64,000 nt of DNA from Octopus sinensis (taxonomy: Eukaryota): NCBI RefSeq assembly GCF_006345805.1, contig NW_021833118.1, forward strand, positions 1-64,000, given 5' to 3'. Positions 12,551 through 23,601 of this stretch are shown piece by piece. The notes beneath the pieces are model-generated. The model did not search any database. It worked only from the letters and a program-made list of their open reading frames with translations, and was not told where the DNA came from. The translations under genes and the position numbers were made by a program. How positions within the stretch are numbered: the first letter of the stretch is position 1; each line of letters starts with the position of its first letter.

Positions 12551-13315
12551 TACTAATAAACAAAACAGAGACAGACATAAAGTGTTGGGGTTTACATATA
12601 ACAAAGAAATAATAGAAGAAAAAAGGTATATACGGTATACACTGGGAAATAGGAGACATGCATAGCATACAGAGGTACAAAGAGAAAAGGTGATGATGGA
12701 GGGGATGATAGAGATGTGGCCCTCCTGATACAGGAACGTCTCTAGGGATAATCGAGGAACCCCCACCGTCCGAGATTTTTCTGAAACCCTATGAGTAAGT
12801 GCCCTCTCCAATTCCTTCTCTTTCACTCACAGGTCTACACTTAGAGAGTTACCATCCACTCTTGCCATTTTCGCAACCTTTACCCACCTTTCAATAAACT
12901 CACTCGAGGACAGCTCTTGCATCTACACTTTTAATTTCCTTTTCAAGTGAAACTTGAAGAAGTCAATGAGAACTCTACCAAAGAGGAATGTATTTGTACT
13001 CATACCTTTCAGCCTTGTCCACCAAATAGTATCTTTTGCCAGAGCCACCAGGCAAAGGAAAACTACCTTGTCTGCCCGATCGTAGGAGGGCGGTGGTACA
13101 ATTATCAGTACAGACTCGGTCGATAGATGGATCCGTCCCACACGTGACAGCAGCTGTTCAAGATATACCCTATAAGTCAGCAACGCCCGGACACTAAACG
13201 TGGGCGTGCAGAACGGTTTCATCACTCTGCGCGCAACTCGGACAAGTCCGTCTGTCAGTACATCCGTGCCTGCAGAGCTTGTCCCGAGCCGGTAGCGCGC
13301 CCTCCCCGGTAGCAC
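12551..13315 (-). mobile_element. L1/Tx1-clade LINE 3' fragment (zf-RVT CCHC region plus 3' UTR)
   Basis: One minus frame gives CYREGALPARDKLCRHG..TCPSCAQSDETVLHAHVQC (C-x2-C-x8-H-x4-C). After a frameshift it continues VFLCLVALAKDTIWWTRLKG..FFKFHLKRK. Confidence 0.7.
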
Positions 13316-13397
13316 TACAGGCCAAGGATATCTGGAAATTATCTATGATAGTTCTCGACCGAAAAGTCCTCAATAATAATAATAATAAGAATAATAA

Positions 13398-13690
13398 GAA
13401 GATGGGCTACTGCAAATATTCTGCTCAATACTACAGTTGTTTGACCATAACCAGTTGAATATGTCCCTTAGTGGCTGACGATATGCGTATCTCAGATCAC
13501 TACCAGAGTAGTAGAGAACATCATATGTTGAGAGGAATTCTAGGAACATAGATGTTTCGTTCAACATACTTAAACAACCCCTGTTGAAGGACCTTTTGAA
13601 CGGTTTCGGCTACTTGACCTGAAGAAAGTTTTAATTAGGCCCCACCTGCAAGGTCATGTGCTGTTTATCTTGATATGATTTCACCACGTC
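13398..13690 (+). mobile_element. Diverged internal fragment of the (TAA)n-flanked repeat
   Basis: GATGGGCTACTGCAAATATTCTGCTCAAT..CCCACCTGCAAGGTCATGTGCTGTTTATCTTGATATGA aligns to 11642-11970. Confidence 0.75.
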
Positions 13691-13814
13691 GAGATTATAC
13701 GTCGTGCACGTATGGTTCACCATGTCGCGTACAAAACCACAGAAAGCATACAGAAGTTTGTTTACAAAAAAAAAAACCCCAAAAATCTATGTATTACACT
13801 TAGTCGCGTTAGCA

Positions 13815-13970
13815 AAGGTATGTGGGGTTCGAGTCCACATCCACTCACAAGGTTTTGGTCGGCCCGAAGCTATAGTAGAAGAAACTTGCCCAAGGTGACA
13901 CGCAGTGGGACTGAACCTGGAACCATGTGGTTGGTAAGCAAGCTACTTACCACACAGTCACTCCTACGCC
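13815..13970 (-). mobile_element. CORE-like SINE 5' half
   Basis: CACTCACAAGG..TATAGTAGAAGAAACTTGCCCAAGGTG..GGGACTGAACC..CCACACAGTCACTCCT. Confidence 0.8.
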
Positions 13971-13979
13971 TAAATATAT

Positions 13980-14076
<97 letters not shown>

Positions 14077-14087
14077 GTATGTATATG

Positions 14088-14119
<32 letters not shown>

Positions 14120-14140
14120 ATGTATATATAAATGTGCATA

Positions 14141-14277
14141 CCTGACGAAGAGCTCCGCTCGAAACATTAAATCCACCTTCTTTCTTTCCTTTCCTTTCCT
14201 GAATATCCAATAACACTATACTTGTTCCACGCCCTCGCGTTGTTGTGTTTTCTCTTTGTTCATGTTTGGATAAACTA
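14141..14277 (+). mobile_element. Penelope-like pLTR fragment between TA microsatellites, hammerhead core at its 5' end
   Basis: CTGACGA-A-GAGC-TCC-GCTC-GAAAC-ATT at 14142-14168 has an intact core but no stem I partner. Same family as 1-190. Confidence 0.65.
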
Positions 14278-14929
14278 TATATATGTATTTCGTTTTTGGA
14301 TTTGGTTTGCAAGATTCTTTATATGGGTTCGTGTGTTGAAGCATATTCTGTTGTGTCTGGGGAGAGTCATTCTGACAGTCAAAAATTGAGAGTCATTTTG
14401 ACAGTCAAAAATTGTGAAGCATGACTGTCACCACTACTACATGAACCCGAAGATTGCAGAATTCAATGCATGAAAGTACTAGTTCAATCAGAATGAACAT
14501 TTAACATTCTACTATTTCATTTTATTTTATTCAATTATAATATATTATCTTATAATATATCATTATAAGATTGTAAATAAAACGTGAAAATCAGACAAGG
14601 TTGGAATTCCTTTTATTAATATATATATATATATATAAACACACACACACACACATTATTAACGAAAGCGTTATTCTTAGCGTTGTTATAGGAAAATAAA
14701 GGACAAAAAACAACAATGCCACAAACCCCACACACAGAGGCACACATGCACAATCACGCACGCGATTTGTCCTCTTTTTTCTCCTTTTTTTCCCTTTTTC
14801 CTTACATGAATTGCATTTCGAAAAACGATGATGTAACTCATCAATGTTGTAAATCAAAGAATTGTTTAGATAAAACAACAGAGCTAGCGACTGTCAAATT
14901 TGGTGCGTAAGAAAATCGGTTAGTTCATT

Positions 14930-15210
14930 CTTAAGACTAGCCAGGCTCATGGGACAGGTTTCCCAGTTTCTGTGGCGTATGTGTTCCCTCCGGCTGGACG
15001 GGATGCCAGTGCATCGCAGCGTTACTCAAGAAACAGGAAGAGAGAGTGAAAGAAAGTTGGGACGAAAGATTACAACAGGGGTTCGCCACCACCCCCTGCC
15101 AGAGCCTCGTGGAACTTTAGGTGTTTTCGCTCAATAAACACACACAACGCCCTGTCTGGGAGTCGAAACCACGATCCTCCGACCGCGAGTCCTCTGCCAT
15201 TGCGCCTCCA
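14930..15210 (-). mobile_element. tRNA-derived SINE (head H1 plus V-domain-like tail)
   Basis: Minus strand GGAGGCGCAATGGC..GGTTTCGACTCCC head shared with 29304. Tail CTGCGATGCACTGGCATCCCGTCCAG..CATACGCCACAGAAAC shared with 27295. Confidence 0.75.
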
Positions 15211-16191
15211 TATATATTTATACGTATATATATACGGTTATATATAATATATATATTTATGTATATATAATATATATATATAATATATATGCATACATAT
15301 ATACATGCATGTATGCATCCATGCATGCATGCATGCATCCATACATACATACATATGAACTCGAGCCTGGTATTAACTAATTAATTTTTTTGTTCGTTCT
15401 AGTGTTATAACAGCGTGCCTTATTAATTCGTTGTTTTTCGAGGTTTGGGTTTAAACTGCCCTTTATATCATGTAAGCAGTCCTGTCAAAGGTCTCCTCTC
15501 TGTGTATTAAAATATTTTATACACATATTTTAAAAAATATGTTATGTCTTATGACTTTTATTTATGCATGCTAACCACCGGTAATAAATTATTTTATCAC
15601 CCTCATATTTACGATATATATATAGATCAAAATCAAAATCAAAAATCAAATTTAGAAATCTTTTTTGAAATACTCTAAATTAAAGGACGAATCTACGTTC
15701 AACCATTTTACAACTATATATATAAAGATTTCTAAAGTTGATTTTTCCTACTTTGCTATTAATTAACAGGCGTAAATTTGCAAACATATGAAAGTAATAC
15801 TTGTATATAATGTTTGGTGAATTTATGGAAAGAAGTCCCATAAAGCTCATAGATTTATTTTAAAACGGAGGAAACAAATTGTTAAAATATATGAGAAGTT
15901 TAATTCTTATATATTTCAATAACTTGTGTATGTATCTGCATTGCGTATAAACATACAATGAAAGAAAAGTAACACCAAGCGGAAAACAAGTCAAGTAACT
16001 AAATAAAGGAAAATTTAAGGCGTGTGACATATAAATAGCGCATGTTTCCTGAATGCGAGTCACTTTTCAAAGCGATCTTTAACGTGAAATGCTGTTTATG
16101 AATAATTGGTGCACCTTAATACGGAGTTTGCAGTAGAAGGGTTTGTGAAAAAAAAAAAAACAAGAGGTGAGCATTCATATTTGTTTATTTG

Positions 16192-16282
<91 letters not shown>

Positions 16283-16401
16283 ATATTATATATATATATA
16301 TCATATATTATATGTATATACATATTTATATGTGTGTATGTCTCTTTCTCTCCCTCTCTCTCTTTCTTTACAAATGCATATATATATATGTATATATATG
16401 A

Positions 16402-16486
<85 letters not shown>

Positions 16487-16570
16487 ATATATATAATATA
16501 TATACATGTATGTATGTATGTATGTATGTATGCATGTATGTATGTATGTATGTATGTATGTTTATATATT

Positions 16571-16880
16571 TGTGAAGGCGCATGGCTTAGTGGTTAGAGC
16601 GTCGAGCTTACGATCGTGAGGTGGTGACTTTGATTCCCGGACCAGGTTGCGTGTCGTGCTCTTGAGCAAGACACTTTATTTCACGTTGCTCCAGTTCACT
16701 CATCTGTAGAAATGAGTTGCAACATCTCTGGTGCCAAGCTGTATCCGCCTTTGCCTTTCGCTTGGATAACATTGGTGGTGTGGAGAGGGGAGGCCGGTAT
16801 GCATGGGAGACTGCTGGTCTTCCACAAACAACCGTACCCGGACTTGTGCCTCGGAGGGTAACTTTCTAGGTGCATCCCCT
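16571..16880 (+). mobile_element. tRNA-derived SINE (head H2)
   Basis: A box TGGCTTAGTGG, B-box-like TTTGATTCCC, body TTGAGCAAGACACTTTATTTCACGTTGCTCCAGTTCACTCA. Confidence 0.8.
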
Positions 16881-19800
16881 ATTTGTTCCACTTACTTCTC
16901 GAGATGCTTGCTCAATGTTCCCAGGGCTCCGACAATTATTGGTACTACTGCTACCTTTTTCATCGACCACAACTGCTTAAATTCCCATGTTAACCTGTCA
17001 TACCTCTCATCTTTTCTTTCTTCCTTATCGCATACCTTCTTGTCAGCTAGACATGCTATGTCTATGATCCAGCATAGTTTGTTTACTTTCTAAATTAAGA
17101 CTATGTCTGACTTCTTATTCTTTATCTTATGGTCGCACTGAATCATAAAATCCTATAGGATCTTTACATTTTTATTTTCGACGATGCCTTCGAGTTTGTG
17201 GTCGTACCAAATTTTTTCTCTGTAAAGTCCATACTTTTTACAAAGCGTCCAATGGAGAAGCCTGGCTATATTGTCGTGGCGTTTCTTATATTCCTTCAGG
17301 GCTAGTGGCGTACATTGGTTGGTAATATGCCATACAGTTTTACCATTTTGTCCACAGATTCTGCATTTATCACTATCTGATGTGTTGTCTATTCTGTATT
17401 TTATGTAGTTTGTTCTTAGTACTTGCATTTGGGCAGCACAGATTAGCGCCTCCGTTTCTAAATCACTTTTTATCATCCACAGCCTTCTTTTTTCTTTGTC
17501 TGTCCTATCTTCAACATCCTTATGAAATTGACCATGCATTCTTTCTTTTTCAGTTTCATTCGTTTTCAATTTCTTGTACAGTGCTTTATCTTCGCAATCT
17601 TTCATCCTACACAAGCCTGACCTTCTTACTTATAATATCGGTTCTGTGGTTTTTTTTTACATACCATGCTATGTTGTTTTCTTCTGCGCTAATGCATCCA
17701 ATAAGTCCTCTTCTCCCCCTTTTTCTTCGTACATACAGTCTGTCTGTGTCACTTTTTGGGTCGAGTGTCCCATATCTATTTAGCAACTTCCTTGTCTTTC
17801 TGTCGAAGCTGTTTAGTTCGTCTGCTGTCCATGCGATTATCCCTGCTCCATATCTAAGGTGTGAAACCGCCCAGGTGTTGATAGCTTCAAATCTTATTCC
17901 GTCCGTTTAATTTTGACTTAAGGATCAGTCTCAGTCTGCGTAAGCACTCCACATTAAATTTTTCTGTCATTTCTTTTTCCATCAATTTATCCATTTCCAA
18001 AATTCCCAAGTACTTATAGCCTGTCTCTTCTATCTCTTTCATAACTTCTTCCTATAGTTTCGTTAGCCCGTCCATACATTTGATTGCGCCTCTCTTCAAG
18101 GCTAACACATCACACTTTCTCAGTCCGAACTCCATTCTGTTATCAACACTGAAGGTATACACCGCATCGACGAGGGAACTGACTTGGGCTTCATCTTTAC
18201 CATAAAGTTTGAGGTCATCCACGAATAGCAAATGGTTGACTTTTTGTTGGCGGCTTTTGAATACATATTCAGCTCTTGCTTTCCTCGGAATTAGTGTCAG
18301 TGAGATCAAGCACAGTACAAATATCAGTGGGGACAGGCAGGTGCCCCTTTTAATTTCTACTGTCCCTAAACCTCTTCCGTATGCTGTCAGGTCCGTCCTC
18401 CATTTCGCCAAACTTTTTCCAAGCAATCGCTCAACATTCGATGCAATACCAAATAGGTTCATACATTCCATAATCCAAGAATGTGGGATCATATCGTACG
18501 CCTTACGATAGTCGATCCGTGACAGGTCTAAGTTATTTTTCCTCTTCTTGCAGTCTCTAAATACAGGTTTGTCTATCAGGAGCTGATCCTTGGTACCTCT
18601 GCACTTACGCTTGCAACCCTTCTGCTCATGTAGCAGGACTCCATTTTCTTCCAGATATTCGTACATTGACTCTGCGAGTATTTCAGTCAATAATTTCCAC
18701 ATAAGTGGCAAACAGGATATTGGCCTGTAATTGTCAACCGTGTTGCCTTTTTCGATATTTTTCAGGCACAGCACTGTCTTACCCAATGTCAACCACTCTG
18801 GTGTTACTTGGTCGGCATTTAACAAGGTGTCGAGTTGCGCAGCTATTCGTGCATGACATTCACCAAATCTTTTGATCCAGTAGCCTTGAACTCCATCTGG
18901 TCCCGGTGCTTTCCAGTTGCTCATTTTTTCTTGCTGATTTCCTTCACTTCCCTAACTGAAATGACTAGTTCTGCCTGTTTTCGACAGACTACTGTTTGTT
19001 TCAGTTCTTGCAACCATTCTGCATCCTTCTTGTGCTCCTTGTCTTTGCTCCAGATGTCATTCCAAAGCCTTTGACTTTCATTGTTATGTGGTATCAACTT
19101 TTCATCTGTACACTCTCCATTTATTTCTTTACAGAAACTCTTCTGATCTACTCTGAATAACCTATTCTGGTAGTAACCCTTCATTAGTCGGATCTTACCA
19201 TTTTTGTTTTCTTTGCAACGAGGCGCTGCTTCAGTTCCTCCATCACCACTTTCAAGCCCTTTCTTTCAATATTATACTTCCTTTTCAGCGCCCTGTATTT
19301 TTTGTTCACTTTTAAGCTCCCCTTTCTCTGCTGCTATTTTCCAAGACCCGTCTTTTGATAGTTTCGAGCTCTACTTCTGTGAGCCGACAATTTTTTCTTA
19401 TTGCTCTAGCTTGATCACATAGTGTCTGTTCCGTGAGTTGAAGCAATCCCTTTTCTCTCCAATGATCATACATATGTTGTCGGTAACCCCTAATTTGAGC
19501 ACCATTTTCTTCTACCGGGCTGCTCAAGTAGTAACGCTCCATGACCACAGCATTTATTTGCTTGCTCCATCTACGCCATATGTGGTGGTCCCTTTCTGGA
19601 TATCGACAGGCTGGAGCCGGACCAGAATCTCTGAGCCTGCCGGGTGGAACACAATCACCATCATTTGCTTTTGTTTAATTACTACCGTTATTCACAATAT
19701 TTTTTATTGTTACTCATGAGGTAGCGATTATCAGGTTGCGCATTTACCAGTGTTTTTATTGTGACACCATCAGTCCATGGGAGATTCCACCTGTTTCCTT
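16880..19800 (-). mobile_element. R4/Dong-clade non-LTR retrotransposon, near full length but decayed
   Basis: Minus ORFs in order: N-terminal RGYRQHMYDHW..TEQTLCDQARAI; [42 protein letters not shown]; CCHC knuckle CRICGQNGKTVWHITNQC; RLE-type end PIIVGALG. The 5' end abuts (TAA)n. Confidence 0.85.
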
Positions 19801-19861
<61 letters not shown>

Positions 19862-20681
19862 CATCATCATCATCATCACTGATATCAATGACATTATCGC
19901 TTTCATGTGTAGTGGTTGCAGCAACAGCATCAGTAGCATAGTGGTAAGGGTGGTAGTTGGGCCTCAGTTGGGCGATCATAATAGTAGTAGTTGTAGTATT
20001 AGCAGCTGCAGAATATTATTATTTTTATTATTTTTATCATTGTCACCGTCACCACCACTACCACTGTTATAAACTTTATTACTAATTCCACTTATTATCA
20101 AAAGATTTCATTAAATGTTCTTTATTTTCAACTTTTGTCTTGTACTTGAGATAATCATAAAAATGTGGTTGTTGGAGGAAATAGTTGAGTAGCAGCTTGG
20201 TGAAAAGATCATATTCTACAGGTCTATAAATAGATTCTGCAGATGGTGGGGAGGGGTCTATAAATAGATTCTGCAGATGGTGGCGAATCTTCCCACCCTT
20301 TGGGTCAGCAGAGGTGAAATGTGTTTAGTACTACCAGTTACCATTGAGTGCGTTGCCTTGAAAGAAGCAATTCAACCTGTTCTATTTGTAATTACTGGTA
20401 GAAAAAACAATAATATATATACACATACACACACACAGACACACACGCACACACACATACACATATATATATATACTGATATTCACGTCGTTGAATTTTT
20501 GAAATTCTGAATTCAATTGTGTTGTTGCAATAAAAGGTATGTTTACGTATTTGGGTAATATCAAATATCAGGCCATCCGATAAGATCTGTCCGAATTTTG
20601 AATAAAGGAAACAAGAGATCAAATGTTATATTTATTTGAAATTTAATCATCATCATCATCATCATTATCATCATCATGATG

Positions 20682-20731
<50 letters not shown>

Positions 20732-20768
20732 TATTATTATTATTAATTATAATAATAATAATAATAAT

Positions 20769-21106
20769 GGGGGAGCATCATAGCCATGTGTTGAGAAGGA
20801 TTCTTTGGGGTTTGAATAATTCACCTCTGGAAACATGGGTGTTTTGTTCAACGTCCTTAAACAACCCTTATTCAGGGACCTTTTGAGCGGGATGGGTTAC
20901 TCGATCTGAAGAAAATTCTAACTGGGCTCCACCTGCAAGGTCATGTGCTGTTTATGTTGATATGAGATCACCATGTCGCGCACATATGGTTGTGATGCAT
21001 GTGCCTGGTGTACCCATATCAGACGAGTAGTCATGATGGGTATACTGGGCTTCGTATATTTTACCCCAGTGTCACTTTGATGGCATGCTCCGCTCGCTCA
21101 CTCAGT
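20769..21106 (+). mobile_element. 5'-truncated copy of the (TAA)n-flanked repeat (mirror at 62607-62945)
   Basis: GGGGAGCATCATAGCCATGTGTTGAG..CTCGCTCACTCAG-(TAA)n aligns to 11769-12108. Confidence 0.8.
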
Positions 21107-21143
21107 AATAATAATAATAATAATAATGTTAATAATAATAATT

Positions 21144-21174
<31 letters not shown>

Positions 21175-21215
21175 CATTATTATTTTTATTATAATTATTA
21201 TGATAATTATTATTA

Positions 21216-21295
<80 letters not shown>

Positions 21296-21315
21296 TAGTA
21301 GTAGTAGTAGTAGTA

Positions 21316-21364
<49 letters not shown>

Positions 21365-21367
<3 letters not shown>

Positions 21368-21515
21368 TCAAATTTTGAAACAAGGCCAGCAATTTTGGGG
21401 AAGACCTTAGTGTTCAAATGGTACTTAACTTAACGACTCCGAAAGGATGGAAGGCAAAGTCAGCATAAGCAGAATTTGGACACAAAATGTTAAGACAGAC
21501 GAAATGTCGCTCGCA
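21365..21515 (-). mobile_element. Degenerate SINE (mirror at 59150-59300)
   Basis: CAAGGCCAGCAATTTTGGGG..GGTACTTAACTTAACGACTCCGAAAGGATGGAAGGCAAAGTC. Confidence 0.75.
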
Positions 21516-21871
21516 TAATAAATGTTCCTTAAGTTGTACCGATGTCCTGTTGATCTTTGATGCCATTGTTTTTTTGCTCGCGTATGTGTATATGTATGTA
21601 TGTATGTATGCATGTATGTATGTATGTATGTATGTATGTATGTATGTTTGAATGTATGTATGTATGTATGCATGTATGTACGTACGTATGCGGGTAGGTA
21701 TGTACATATCTGTCTGTATATCTGCCTGTTTGCCTGTCTTCTGTCTCTGTATGATAGACTTTATATGTTAGACGTTTAATTGAAATACATAACATATGAC
21801 ATACACACATATGTATGTACTTATTCATATATGTATGCTATATATATATATATATTATATATATATATATT

Positions 21872-21908
<37 letters not shown>

Positions 21909-21918
21909 ATGCATGTAC

Positions 21919-21951
<33 letters not shown>

Positions 21952-21977
21952 TATATATATATGTATGTATGTATGTA

Positions 21978-22347
21978 TCTCTCTATATATAAACGGCAGT
22001 TTGTCTGTGTGTGTTTCTGTGTGTCTGTTAGGTTGTACCCTCACCCTGACCACGGCTTTCAACCGATTCTGATGAAACTTGACACACACATAGCCCAATG
22101 TCATAATTCAAAACTAACGCAGCGAAAATTTTGAAAAGTTCCCCCAGTTCTGAAAAAAATCGATAAATTCGACATGGGGTCGAGAATCAGAAACACAAAC
22201 CACAGACTGTCTAGGGGACGCAACTCGACCTTTTTAACTAAAAAAAATTTACCATCATTTTTTTTCCATTTTTTGGCTATAACTCTCTAAAAATGCTTTA
22301 TAGTTATTTCCCTTACAAACCCGAGCAACGCCGGGCGATACTGCTAG
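21978..22347 (+). mobile_element. Non-autonomous Helitron, left arm only
   Basis: A|TC start, 3' hairpin and CTAG|T end, near-identical to 8001-8387. The mirror site near 58680 is plain (TA)n. Confidence 0.85.
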
Positions 22348-22450
22348 TATTTATATATTTGTGAACAAACCGGATGTTACGGAGAACAGCGACACACATA
22401 GGTCTTTTTAAATAGTAACTGTAATTATATATTATTCATATAATAATATA

Positions 22451-22624
22451 TGTTCCATTTAGAGCGACTATACCTAAGCAATTGACCCAAAAAAGATGGG
22501 CCGAACCACTGCGAATTGAACACATCAATGCTTACACGGTTCCGGACGCAACCAATTCAGCCACAAAGCCCACATTGCCCTTTTTTCGGTCGCTTGTTTA
22601 GGTTTAATCTCTCTAAATGGAGCA
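22451..22624. mobile_element. MITE-like element with ~45 bp imperfect TIRs and TA flanks (mirror ~58415-58590)
   Basis: TGTTCCATTTAGAGCGACTATACCTAAGC.. versus ..GTTTAGGTTTAATCTCTCTAAATGGAGCA, 8 mismatches in 45 by eye. Related sequence continues to ~22910. Confidence 0.5.
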
Positions 22625-22941
22625 TATATTATTATATAAATGATATATAATTACAGTTATTATTAAAAAGGACCCATGTGTGTCTCTCTTCTCCGTAATT
22701 TACAGCCTTCGGGTTTATTTACAAAGGCTAACATTATCTATACATTAAATTGATGAAATTGATGAAATTGATGAGTGGGCTATGTGATTGAATTGGGTGT
22801 GTACGGAGCCATGTAAGCATTGATGTCATTTTCAAATCGCAGTGGTTCGGCGGTCCCTCTTTTTTCAGTTAATTGTTTAGATTTAATCGCTCTAAACGGA
22901 GAGTATATTATTATATAAATAATACATACATACATACATAT

Positions 22942-23015
<74 letters not shown>

Positions 23016-23601
23016 TACTACATATACCCAACTAATAAACTGTCACCTGCAAATATATTTTACTTAGTAAACGATAGCCGCAAGAATAAAGCGAACAAAC
23101 TAGTACCAGATTATGTAACCAATCTCAGGCATCCATATTTATTGATTTACTAAGATCCTTGGACCACACCGTATCACACAGTCACACTCACTGGATTAAT
23201 TCTTCATCCGGTAGTTCTGCTTTGGCAGGTATACTTGAGATATTCCCAGCGTTAATTCCTGAGGGTAGTCACCAACTGTTGACAAAGATCATCTCGTAAG
23301 CTATAAAGGACAGAGAAACAAAAGACTCTAACCAGAAATTGTTAAGTTTCCAACAATTTCTGATTAAAATTTGTTCCAGCTGAAATGTCCTAATAACAAA
23401 ACAATATCGATCTCCCTGTCGTCTGCCTGTCACAGAGTTTTATTTTCATTTCTTCTCTTTGATATGTTGGTGTTCTTTCGTCTTTAAACATACACATATT
23501 TCATGATTTAATTGTCACATCGTCCTTGATGATTTGATGATTTCAGTGTTTCTCATATTTATATTTTGTTATTTCAGATATCTGTTCACACTGGTTCAAC
23601 T

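Noticed and set aside
14362-14413. 26 bp tandem duplication, and a similar 34 bp one near 20242-20283
   Set aside because: Ordinary local slippage. Two copies only, with no spacer structure, so not CRISPR-like.
15360-16150. Possible DNA-transposon remnant
   Set aside because: I could not find matching termini or a transposase motif by eye, so it is left unannotated.
23566-23601. Track N-terminal extensions of the laccases (MLFQISVHTGST in A, 40 aa in B)
   Set aside because: They start at non-ATG or upstream codons that read through the splice acceptor. The signal peptide begins at MIHF in both genes.
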